Positions 12,370 to 24,273 of a DNA stretch of 64,000 nucleotides are shown here, piece after piece (position 1 is the first letter of the stretch; the number at the start of each line of letters is the position of its first letter). Where the stretch lies: NCBI GenBank assembly GCA_013239625.1, contig MU053379.1, positions 3,020,866 through 3,084,865 of the forward strand. Reading direction: 5' to 3'. Made by a program: the position numbers and the translations under genes. The notes under the pieces were generated by a model. The model did no database searches. It worked only from the letters and a program-made list of their open reading frames with translations, and was not told the origin of the DNA. Origin of the DNA: Lama guanicoe (lineage: Eukaryota).

Positions 12370-14593
12370 GTCTAACAGAATCCCCACGGCCCTGTGAAGC
12401 AGGTGTCACTCATTCACTGAGCAGATCCCAAAGACGGTCACTCTGTCAGGGGTTATTCCAGGACCTGAAGATGCCCGAGCCCAGGTCCTGCCCTGAGGAA
12501 GCCTGCGTCCTGCAGGAGGAAGCACTCAAGGAAGAAGGGAGAGAAGCAAGAGGCAGGTGGGGAAGGCCGGAAAGGGTGGCGTGTGGCTCTGATCGGGAAG
12601 TCAGAGGGCATCTTGCCGAGGAGGGGGCATCTGAGCAAGGATCTTAAGGAGGTAAGGAAGCAAGCTCGAGGAAATGGGGGTGTGGAAATGCGGGGGAAAT
12701 GGGATCCAGGCAGAGGGGCTGAGTAGGTCTGGATGGACAGAAGACAGTGAGGAGGCCCTGGTGTCTGGAGCGCAGGGGAGGTCAGAGAGCGGGCAGGGTC
12801 AGACGGGGCAGGCAGGTGGGATGTGAGGCCACTGCAGCGACCTCAGGAACGGGAAGGCGCTGGAGGGTTTGGAGATCTGGGCCTCACGACCCGGGTGCTC
12901 ACACTTGAAGTATCCCTCCATCTGCTCTTAAGGGATTTGGGTGGGGTGGGGGTCGGGCGGGGAGGGGGCAGCGTGGAAGGGGAGATGGCATCTGAGGTGG
13001 AAGCGATGTCCAGGTGAGGCCCATGAGCGCCTCAGCATTCCTGGCACCGGCCGCAAGCAGAGGCCGATGATTCTGGGTGGATTCTGAAGGTAGACCTGGG
13101 TTTTGGCCCGAACTGCTGGAAGGCCGGACTGACTGTGGAGGACTGCATTTGCTCAGGAAGCGCCTTCCTTCGTTCTCTGGTTGTGGTACACTTTGAACAC
13201 TCTTTTCAGCGACAACATCCTAGACGGCCCACTGTTCCTCAACTGCCCGCATCACCACGCACTGCTGACCTTTCACTCCCCAACTTCCGCTCTTACCTGG
13301 GCTTCTGGACAAAACAGTTTTCTGGCAGCATTCCCAGCTACTCCTTTATCTTCCTCTTTGCCCCATAAAGGAAGGAATTACCCCAAATCTCCAACCATCA
13401 CTCTCTGACTCCATGCCTACTTTCTCCCTTGGCAATGGCATCACAGCCCCTCTCTTCTCCCAAGCCCCAGTCCCTCCATTTTCCTGCCCACCCGCACCTG
13501 GCTGTCCCCGGGCCCTCAGGCCCACAATGCCCAAAGCCACACTCATGCTCCGCTCCCCGCCACCTGGCTCCCCTCAGGGCTCCCGCTGCGGCAGCGGCAG
13601 CTTCGGAACCAGACTCAACATCTTAAAAGCATCTCTGACGGCTCCCTCTCATAGCCCTTTCCCACGTCCAAGCCCACCCATTGGGATGCAACACTCTTTG
13701 CCATTAACTGTCCCCTCCCTGGATCAGATGTCACCAGACCGCACCTGGATGACAACATTAGCCTCCTCACTGGTCTTCCTGCCTCTGGTTCACTCACCGC
13801 CTGATAAGACACTGTAGCAAACATTTTCGGGAGCTCTAACCACCTAAAGAACAAAGTCCAAATGCTGTAGCCTGGAATATAAGGCTCCTTGTAGGTCTAG
13901 TGTAATCTGATTTCCTGCCATACTTTGTCCTGGAATCCCTGACAGAAGGAAACTGAGTCAGAGACAGGTGGAGTCACTTGTCCAAGGAGAAATAGCTGGA
14001 AGGCAGGGCTGGGGTCCAAACCCAGCTGGCTCCCCAGGCTACGCCATCCTGCCACCTAAACACAGAGCAGAACGTGCAGTGTGTATTTATTGGCTTGGTT
14101 TTCAAAGAACATTTTATACACGTATATAGGGGCACAACCACCAACACATATAAACACAATATATTAATAACAGGCAGGAAACCTGATAGCGGTGGCCTGT
14201 GCAGAGCAGGCTGGGGTGTCCAGGCAAAGAGACGTGTCAGTCTGCATTCCAGACTCTCGGGTGGAATCTGAATTTTTTTAAACCGTGTGCATATGTTACT
14301 TTTCTTTCTTTCTGAGTAAATGATGTCTCTGGAACTCATGCTTCTGTGGGTTTCCTCTCCTCCCGTTTTCCCCTTAGCTGTGTGTTGTTTGATTAACGCC
14401 TGTTCAACAGAGAGCTCACGGGAAGGACGCCAACCCCGGGGGGCGCGCAGCTTTGCTAAGTGTCTGGCAGGAAAGGAAGCTTAAAAGCATGTCGCTCGTG
14501 GCTTGTGGCACATACAACCTCTGAAAACCTCCTGAAAGTTTAAAAAAAAAAAAACTGGTATACCCAAAAAAATTGTGTTGTAGAAATTCTTAC

Positions 14594-14704
14594 CTTTTAA
14601 TTTCAAACTATTTTCCAGTGTTATAAAATTTTCATAGAAGATGAAATAGATCTGAGAATAGTTGGTCTCAAAAAACTGCTTGAGATCACTTGCCTCCACG
14701 TTGT
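14594..14704 (-). CDS. RALGAPA2: RALGAPA2 coding exon 2 (111 nt, (D)[36 protein letters not shown] + G)
   Basis: Acceptor TTTTTCTTTTCAG (AG at 14706-14705), donor G|GTAAG at 14593. Phase 1-1, joining exon 1 in frame (G+AC = Asp). Peptide continues the RALGAPA2 sequence. Confidence 0.96.
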
Positions 14705-16889
14705 CTGAAAAGAAAAAGTTCCCATTGGTGACAATAACCTCACACGATCTACAGACTTCGCAGACTTTTCAGAAATGAACACGTGTCAAAACAAGCCGTA
14801 CCCCCTTATAAGAGCAGGAAAACAAAGCAAAGAGGATCCCCATCTACTCCTTCTCCACCGAAGGAGAGCTCCGAAGTGGCCTGGGCACCCCTCCCCAGCC
14901 CGGACCTCAGGGTCAGAGCCGGGGGGTGGGGGGCGGGGGGGGCACAGCACTTACAGACCAGCTAGAGGACCAGGGGTCCCGGGAGGGGCGAGATGACTTC
15001 CTGGGAGGGACAGGGAAGCAGAAGTTCTTGGAAGAGGGGACTTCCGACCTGGACCAGAAAGAGGGATAGGCCTGCACATCTGGGAGACAACTCCGCCAGT
15101 GGAGTCCTACGTGGCCGACTGCTGCCCCCACCCACTGACGTGAAACAGCCCGAGAGAAGAGCAGGTGCTCCCCAGTCGCCCACACACTTCCACCTGGGCC
15201 ACTGGCCGCTGCCTTCCCTCCAGCTTCCCCGGGACCCGTCCCACTGCAGCTCAGACGCGGTGGGACCCGCCAAGTGCTCCCAGAGTCGTCCTGAGCCGGG
15301 TTCCTCCCTGCTGGGCCAGTTTTGCTCAGCCAGGACTGCGGGGAGACAGGCGGGCTGCAGGGAACTTGTCCCACGAACAGCTCCCGCCGGGATGATCAAC
15401 AACCCAGTCCTGGTCCCTCGCACCTCTAGCCGGAGTGGTCGCCCGCTGTCAGCACACCTTCGTGCATCTCCCTCTGCGAACAAGGGTGCGGTGCCTTCAC
15501 AGCCGCATCCCAACCAAGGCGTCAGCTCTTTGGAAGAATACACTTTAGGAAACTCTAGAAAAATAACCTCAGGAAAACTAAAAACAGCTTCCTTAAAATT
15601 CTATGAGATTACTCAAGGAAAAAAAAATAATGTGTTGCTATTCAATCTATAACAGAGTCGTATCCAATTTGGGGTCCTGATACTGTGAATGTACATGAAC
15701 ACACCCACTGCTGTGTTTAAATTCTATAAAGTTAACACTAACGCTGGTGAAATGAGAGAGCTGTTTTCCTCTGATAACAACACAGCGCCTTTCATGCAAA
15801 AAACTGTGCCCTGGTTCTTTGAAATAACGCACACAAGGTGTAACCGAGGTCACATGCACCGCCAATTTTACATTCTATTTCTTGCCCCAAAATAACACTG
15901 AGCACAGAGCAATGGAAGTTCCTAATAACTAACAAATCTCCCTGCGTGCAAGCAAGTAACCATGAAACCAGTATCATCAACCCCCATGAACATTACCATT
16001 ACACGGAATCCCTGAGTGCCTCCACCAGCTCCAAGAAAGAGTTTTGTTCATTTTCACTCCAATACCTCCTGCTGCCCTTCCACCACCCCGTTCCCTCTGA
16101 AGTACGCTTCCCCAGACGGCTCTGCTCCGGGGGCGGCTGAAACCCCCTCGGTCCACCCCAGACCAGGTCAGTGCCCCTGCTATGTCCCCACTGCCCTCTT
16201 TGTCCCTGTCACAGAAGGTGTCACGTTGGCCTCAATTCCTGGTGGAAATCCTGACGTAATTCTGATGGAGAGATCTGTCTTCTCTGCTGGAGATACTCCC
16301 TGCCCTCAAAGAGCCCCCAGTCTGTCTGCTGCGTGGAACACAGCATTTAGTTCAATATTTTCTTTCTCTTTCTTTTTTAAAAAACTAGTTTTCATAACAT
16401 TTATTAACGATGTAATATTTGCTTAAATATCCTGCTGTTAGATACTAAAGCTGGCTTTGGGTCTGAGATTTTTTTTAATCTACATATCGTAAATAACGTA
16501 TTGATGATATTCACCTTGAATATATATTTTTCCACATTTTGGACGTTTAAAAGCATGTATTTCTAGAGGCAGAACCACTGGGTGAAGTGATATTGATGTT
16601 TTCAGCATTTAGTACATACCGCTAATTAGCTCAAAATTTCCTTGAACAAACTAAATAAAAGAAACAGCTTTACACACCATCATAGGACAGGGACCGCGAC
16701 TGCAAACCGTCAGATCCCATGATGACAGGACAGTGGCCCAACCCTCCCCCAGGTCCTTGGAGTTATGGAGACAGAGATTTCCTGTCTCTGCTGAGGACTC
16801 CCGGCTTCTCTGCGCCTGAGCTCCTCCACCCTCGAGCTGGGCTCTCACAGCCCGCTGCCTGCACGTCTCCACGGGAGAGTCTGAAAGGC

Positions 16890-17520
16890 TTCTCAAATTA
16901 AACGCCTCCAAGAGAAGCACTGTTCTCCCCTCAAATTTTGTTCCTCCCACAGACGCCACCACCCACCCAGCTGCTCAGGAAACCTAGTCACCATCCTGGG
17001 TCCTTCTGGCTCCTTCGCAGCCCATCTCTGGGATGTCAGCTCCTCTCCCCACGTGCTCCAGGCCTGGGCCGCACTCACTGGCCGCAGCCCCGCCAGGCAC
17101 ACGTCCCACCCATCCTTGCCCGGCTACAGCGTGCCTGAGCTCCATGCTTCCCTGCCCCTCCTGTCCCTTCTCCACACTGCAGTCACCAGGGAGATCAAAT
17201 CCTGTGACTCAAACCAGACCCTTCTTTGACTCAAAACCGCCCAACGGCCTCCAGTAGCGCTTAAAATAAAACCCAGCTCTTCAGCCGGCCTGCAGGGCCC
17301 CGCAGGCTTCCCTCCGCTGGAGGCCAGCTCCCTCGCAAGCCGCTCTCCCCCACGCTGCACTCTGCAGCTTCTTTCCATGCCCAGACTTCCCACACGTCTT
17401 CCCCACGCCCAGGTCTCCATCCAGCTCCTTCCTTCTCATCCTTCAGACCCAGGGCCACACACGACCTCCTCAGGGAAGTCTCAGCGTGTCTTGGTGTCAC
17501 TGCATGTTTCCTCACGGGGT
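16890..17520. mobile_element. Decayed L2 (LINE2) segment
   Basis: Pyrimidine-rich L2-like motifs (cacccagctgctcagg..aaacctag..catcc, ctccacactgcag..ccag, aaataaaacccagctct). Similar L2 relics at ~1980-2420, 12410-13900, 38700-39200 and 60300-61000. Confidence 0.55.
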
Positions 17521-20500
17521 CTGTGGGGGGGACAGCCGGCGGCTCACCAGTGGCCAGGGCTCAACACGGGCCACAGCAAGCAGGCGATTTCCCTGGGCTG
17601 GAGGATGTGGGTGCCCAGATGCAGCAAGACAGCTCAGAAAGGTTGCGGGATCAACAAGTCCGTCCTCCCCGGCGCCTCAGAGACACTCAAGGATCAGCAG
17701 CCTGAGGAAAGAGGGCCCTTGTGGGGGCAGAGGGGCCTCACAGAGAGAGAAATGCCCCCGCCAAGCCGAAAGTCCAGGGAGCGGCCACCTTCCCCGCCAG
17801 CTATCTTCCCTGTGGGTGGGGGGTGCAGCTAAAAGTTCCCCCTAACAAGACACGCAGACGCCCTCAAGGGAGCCCAATGCACAGTAACACGGAGAGCATC
17901 GCCCTCGGTCTGCTTCCCGTGAGGACCCCTCACTGGTCTGGGAGTCCTGCTCGCGCGACTCCTCCCACAGCTTGAAGGTCAGGTGAGGCCACCTGCTTCC
18001 CGCGTCGACTCCTCCACTGATGGGCGCCCCACGAGCCCGGGAGCCACGTGGGCGGGAGTCTTCCCTGCTCGGTCCCCGCTGTGCTCCCAGCCCAGCAACA
18101 GAGCCCAGAACCCAGAAGGTTCTCAACACATTTGTTAAATGAATAAATGAAAAATAGGTATCAAGTATGTCATATCTCTAATTCAGACTCTAGAATGATT
18201 CCTTGTCCTGTCTTATTTTTGAAAAGCAAGACTCATCTGATGAATATTTGCAAAGCACAGATCTTGGAGAAGGCAGCCAGTTAGCGCCCCGCAGACGGGG
18301 ACACAGGAAGGTACCACAGGTCTGCCTTCTGACAAGGTGAACTTCAAGAAGCATGGAGCTGGAGTAGGAATACCTCTCAGAAAGAGAGAAAAGCCCGTGA
18401 TCACAAACCTCCTTTAGAAAGACGTTCTTCACCTGTTCATTCAAACATGACTGAGCTCCTCTCCATGCAAACAAGCCCTGCACCGAATGCTGGGAAACAG
18501 AGAATACGGTGCAGGGCCCTCAAGGACCCAGCTACACACTCAAGTGTCGGGAGAGGCACCATGGCTGGAGCTCGGCAGGACGTCAAAGCAGGGAGTGGAC
18601 GAGGCCACTTGGGGAGGGTGGGAATATTCATAACATGATCCATCTATGCTTTAAAAGATACTTTCGTGAATGTATTTTATCTGACCCTCCCCACAGCCCT
18701 GTGAGGGAGATGGATGGGGCAGGTTTCAAGACAAAGTAAACCTCGGGTTCGGGATCACAGGTGACGTACCCGAGGTAGCACAGCCAGTCAGGGACGTGGG
18801 CAGAACTCCTGGCTGGGGTCTTCCAGCTCAAACCTGAGCTTCCTGAGCAAGGCCTTAGAGATAGGTGGGAACGAATCAGAGCCAGGAACCAGGCTGGGGA
18901 TACACACCTTGTGGGTGTGCAGGAGAGCCGGGTGGAGCCAGGCAGGAGGGTGAGCAGACAGGGAAGAAACAAAAGGGAAGTCAGCAGCAGTGAGGATGCC
19001 CGTTTTCCTGGGAAAACGCTTGCCGTTACGTCCCATGGCCTTGTGGAGCCAGCAGGCAAGAAGAAAAGACCCGAAACACGGAGCCCAGGGCATACACTGC
19101 CTTCGAGGTGGTGACCTGCAGTGTGCACAGGCCTTCGCACTCTGCCCTGCTATCATCACAAAACTCGGGGATGTGCTCGCAAACTCACCACAAGCAGCAA
19201 CAAGCAGGTAGCTTTACAAAGCTGAGGTGCCTCTAGAACTTTGAAGAAATCCCCTTTGATGTCTCATTCTTTTACCACCAACCAACAGCCAGGAAACTGT
19301 TTCTATTCTTCTCCCTACTAGAGCTTGAAAATACTCCTCTACACTCCACACTGGAAGCTACCCTCTCCTGGCCCTTTGTCCAGCTAAACCTCCTGTTGAC
19401 AATTACTCCTCCCCATCTGGTGTGGGAGGCACTAGCTAAGCTGGGGGGAAAAACCTTTGGAGCAGACTGTCTGGGTTCAAGTCCAGAAGCTACAGCACCT
19501 GGACAAGACTTTGAAACACTCTGCATCTGAGAAATGGGGCAAACACAGTTCCTGTGCCAACAAAAAGAACGTTTGCAAAGTGCTTCTAAGAGGGCAGTCA
19601 GCATTACATGAAGGTTCGTGTTCTACAATCACCCAGCTCCTGGCAAAGGCCCCTCTCTAGGTGGGAAAAGCAACCCACCTGCCTGTGAAGCCATAACTCT
19701 CAATGACTCATGAAACGCACCCACTTACGGAGACCGCGCAGGGAGGGCCAGCACTCAACCCCAGCACCGCAGGAGGCGCCCAAAGCCAGAGGACTGTCCC
19801 TCCACTTCCCTCCACGTAGAATCCTTTTCAATGACAATTCGACTCCTTTTTAGTTGGGAGCATCATAAGACAGCCTCACAAAAACCCACTTCAGCAGCCC
19901 CTGAAAGCACCAAAGCAAGAGTAAACATCCTTCTCGGGCTCGGGGCCCCAGTGGCCACCGTCAAGGGGAAGAGGGGCTCGGTTCAGCTGCCCCCTGGAGG
20001 GAGTGACCCCAGTCCTCCTGCCCCTCCCTGCCCCAGAGCTGCCCCCAGCCCTGCCTGCACATCTGCGTGTTGGTGAAGACAGTGTCGTTTGCTGTTTTAC
20101 TCAAATTCCCTACATGAGGGCACTGAAAGCACGGTGCTCAAGATCACAAGCTGGAAAAGGGGAGGTGAAGCTGACAACGTCCTAGAACATAATCTAGAAG
20201 CAGGGAGAACAGGGAAAATATAGCAGTCAGGCGCCACACAGACAGCACTGACAAGGGTGCAGGGCAGCGGTCACATGCGGACGCAGCTACTTAAAGCCTC
20301 ATACGATGCTGGTGATTTCGCCTTCTCACGGCTGCCTGGGTCCCTGCCCTCTGTCCGCTTGTGTTACGTAGTTAGTAAAAATGCCACAAACCATCCCTGC
20401 CCTCCAACCACACCTTCAGAAAACGCCCACCCAGGCTGATGCGGGGCCCATCTCCCGACTTGCTGTGGACGGCCAGGCATTAGAAACACGGCCCAGCAGC

Positions 20501-22213
20501 AGCTGGAGAGCCTTCGGTCCAGAGGAAGCGGGGAAACTCAGGGAGGAGAGCTGGACCCAAAGCCGGGGCCACCTGCAACCTGGGCAGAACCACGCCAGCC
20601 AGTGCGGACAGATGCGGGAATAAAGCAGGTGCTTGCTGCATCTGTTCTGGGGATGGCCTGGTTTGGGATGGGCTGTCATGCAACACTGTCGTGGAAATGC
20701 TGGTGGGGAAGAAAAACAAAACTCATCGCCAGCAAGTTTCACCGGCCATGACCAGTTACGAAGGCACCCAGAGCAGGCTTCTCTCCTTCGCCTGAACTCT
20801 ACGAGGACCCGGAGCCTGGCACCAGCAGGGGCCTCGTGGACCCATCGACCTTCTCGGAGAGTCCAAACGAATTTGGGTGAGTCTCTCCCAGTTCTCAGAT
20901 CTCCCGTTACTGGTAGATGATCATGAGTTTTATTTGGCAGTGTATACAGACACCCGGCTCCACAGTTGGTTACTGGGGACTGACTGCCCCCTCAACTGGG
21001 AGATAGGGGGATCCGGGTGGAAAACACTGGATTTGCTCAGTAGAGGAAAATGAGCAGTCTGAGCTGAGAGGTTAGGGGGTGGCTGACCCGACGTCTTTAA
21101 CAAAAACCAGGGACGTCAGAAAACCAACCTCCAGCTAACACTCCGGCCAGACACGTGTGCACGTGGAGCTCATACGCACAAGTACCTCCTGGAAATGAAA
21201 GGAAATCTCACCCTGAAAATGAGGGGGCTCTTTCACTGTGCACACGGTTAAGTTAGAAAAGCTGGCTTGGTAAACACATCTTTTCAGAATTCTGACCTTA
21301 CAAACAAAAGCCCTCTTGGGGGAACTTCCTTTTCTCTTCCTGTGCCTTTGATCTTTGGGCGTTTTATCTGTATGTGTATGTTTAAAAAACAAACCAACAA
21401 ATAAACTTGGTCTCTGCCACCCAAAAGGTGCAAGTACGGTGTACACTTGGTGGCCAAGCGAACAGACTGGGCAGTCTTTTGTCTGATTGCACCCACTCTC
21501 AGGCTTCTTGCCGTCTTAACCTTCGCTGCACCAGCCTTTACTTTGGGGAATAAACTTCCTGCATCTCACTTACGTGGCATCCTCCCCACTCTCTTGTGGG
21601 GAAGCCTCTTGCATCTTATTGGTTTGAATCACTATTAATCTATATCTCATAATGGCCAGATGATGGATCTTTTAAATTGGAGAAAGTTCTAAATTGGTAA
21701 AAACTTTTAGAGTTCTCACTATAAACAGCTGTTTTATTGGCACCCACAAAAAAATCTAATTAAGAGGTAGGGGGAAAATATATCTATATCTCTAATGGTT
21801 AACTTAAGAGCTCCCTTAGTTTAACAGAGACAGGAGAAATCAGCTGGGGAGCCTTGTGGTCTCTTCCCTGCAACAGGTGTTACAGGCGCTAACAAAACCA
21901 TTAGAATAATTAATGCTAATTACGTCGATTAGCTGAAAAAAAAATGTAGAGACTACAGACTTTTTCCCAACAAGGTAGAAATTTTAAAGGGATTTATCCC
22001 AAACGGATAAAGAAATCTTTAGACGATTATTTTAAATGGGATACATAAAACAGACATTTATGGGATTAAGATACAAAGTTTTGATACTACACTCCCTAAG
22101 GATAAATGTGCCAAAGGGACCCCCTACTGGGAAGCCCAAACAAGTCCATTCTATTTACCCGAGTTTAAGATACGTATATTTAAAGGGCTAGAAAAAAAAC
22201 CACACTGAGATCT

Positions 22214-22859
22214 TGAGACAGGAGGGAAGGGGGCAGGGCACCGCCATTCAAGGAATGACAGCAATTAACACCAAAATGGCGAAAAATTCAAGTCCCAGTT
22301 GGCCTTGAGGATTGAGGAGGTGGGAGATTTGACTTCTAGTAGAACTTGAGCTTTATTATCTGATCACTGTAACATATTAGCATGATAAATTACATGCCCG
22401 CAAGTGCCATGACAGTCCCCAGGAACCCATAGGTGGGCAGTGGCACAGTTCCCGGGAATCCCAGCCCCTTCCCCAGGGCAGTTAGAATAGTCCTCCCGCT
22501 TGTAGGCGGGGAGCTACCGGGCCCATAAAAATGCAACACCATGCCTCGTGGCCGCCCTGTCTGCTCCCTCCTCTGGAGATGGGCCCACACTCTGTCTCTG
22601 GAGTGTGCACCTACTTTTACTCTAACCTGAGCACCCAACCCCGCACCTCATGGCCTTTCTCTCGCCTCCTGAATCGGCCTACACTCTATGCAGTATGTAT
22701 CTCTCTAAATAAATCTACCTTTACTCAATTGTGAGTCGCTCTTGAATTCTTTTCCTGCATGAAGCCAAGGACCCACACCTGGCAGGGCCCGTCCCAGGGG
22801 CTCAGCAGAGACCTGGGACATGGCCCTCCTCTCACCCCACATCCATTTTCCCTGCATCA
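22214..22859 (+). mobile_element. MER41-like ERV1 solo LTR inserted into the older ERV
   Basis: TG...CA ends (tgagacagg...ctgcatca). Near-perfect 4-bp TSD atct (22210-22213) / gtct (22860-22863). MER41 hallmarks gtgccatgacagt, cagttcccgggaat, cttgaattcttttcctgcatgaagccaagga. AATAAA at 22708-22713. Confidence 0.8.
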
Positions 22860-24273
22860 GTCTGACCAACAATTACTTGGGGCAACAGCTGGACCAATTA
22901 ATCAAGTTTAAAGACTGACAAGGGCCTGAGTCAACCCCTCCCTGGGGATCACAGAACCTTTTATATAAAATTAGGTAAAATGGACAGGGGATAAAAAGAA
23001 AAGCTTCTAGGAGCCCTCCTGTAAGATCGGAACTTGCTGATTGAGTCCTAATGAAACCTAAAGGTACAAAAGTTGGCAGAATTGAGATACAAGTTTATAA
23101 AAGTTGGTATATTTAAATGGGCTTTATGTAAGATGGTTTCATCTCTTTTGCTTAATTATATCATGGTATAAACATGTCTCACTGGGGAATGCTTCACCTG
23201 CTTGGTATTATAAGATGGGGCACATTAATCTGCCCCTCAGGAAATATTAACATACTTCAGAAAACCAGTAGGGCCACTGAGCCATACAATATAAAGCACA
23301 ACTGGGAACCAATATTCAGGGCCTAATAAAAAAAATAACAGACTCACCGCTGGCCTAACCTGTGCATTCAGAAAGAGGGCCTTTACTGAATGCCTTGTAC
23401 AAGCCTTTAGAGACGTGATTAAGTTCTAGAACACAGAATTCTTTCTTTAAAAAATTCTCACTGATCCAGAAAACCAAAAACAAAAGAAAAACGAGTTGGA
23501 CACATCAATCTTTTAATACCCTTTGGGTGACAGACCAGTTCTGTGGGGAATTAAAAGCAACTGCCTCTGTCTTACGAATCTGTACGAACCAGAAATGCAG
23601 GCACAGCAAAAAGTGACCTGAGCCCGAGCCTAATCAGCCCAGTCAGGTGGACCCTGAAGCCATGGGGAAAAATGGGGGGGGTATTTAAAAACTCATCTCA
23701 ACTGTTATTTATAAACTAGCCAGTTTATGCTGTAATCCCTAACTCGTAGCTGAGGGCAAAGCACAGCTGTGAGGTCTCCAGGTTAGTCTGTTTTGTCCAG
23801 TCTTGCCTGTGCACACATTACACACGGGAGGTGTCTCTACCTCTAGGAAATATGATCAAAATTAAATTCATAAAACAGCTCTATTTAACTGACTTAAAAG
23901 TAAGTGCTTAAAATTAGTACTTCTAAATATGAAAAAAAAAAAAAAACCCCACAAAAAAAACGGCCAAAATGACTTTCAGGTTCATGTGAACTGGCAAATA
24001 TTCAATATTAAGTTGATATCTGGAATTAAGGTTAAAGTTTGTTGATCTAATCAATACAGATGTCTTTAGAGTAATCAACCTTAAAGATAATATTTTTATT
24101 GTTTCCAGGTTTAATAGAAGTCAGACGAGGTCTTATTATATCTGTTGCAAATTTGTCAGTAAGAAAAGTAACTTGGTGTGATAAAATTCTTACAAATACA
24201 TTAAATGCAAATGAGATAAGAGCTCTTGGGTGAACTCTTAAGAAATAATTATGTTTTAAGAATGCCTACTTGA

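Noticed and set aside
14913..15652. ORFs of 153-219 aa near exon 2
   Set aside because: GC-rich intronic sequence open on both strands, with no domain similarity or supported exon structure.
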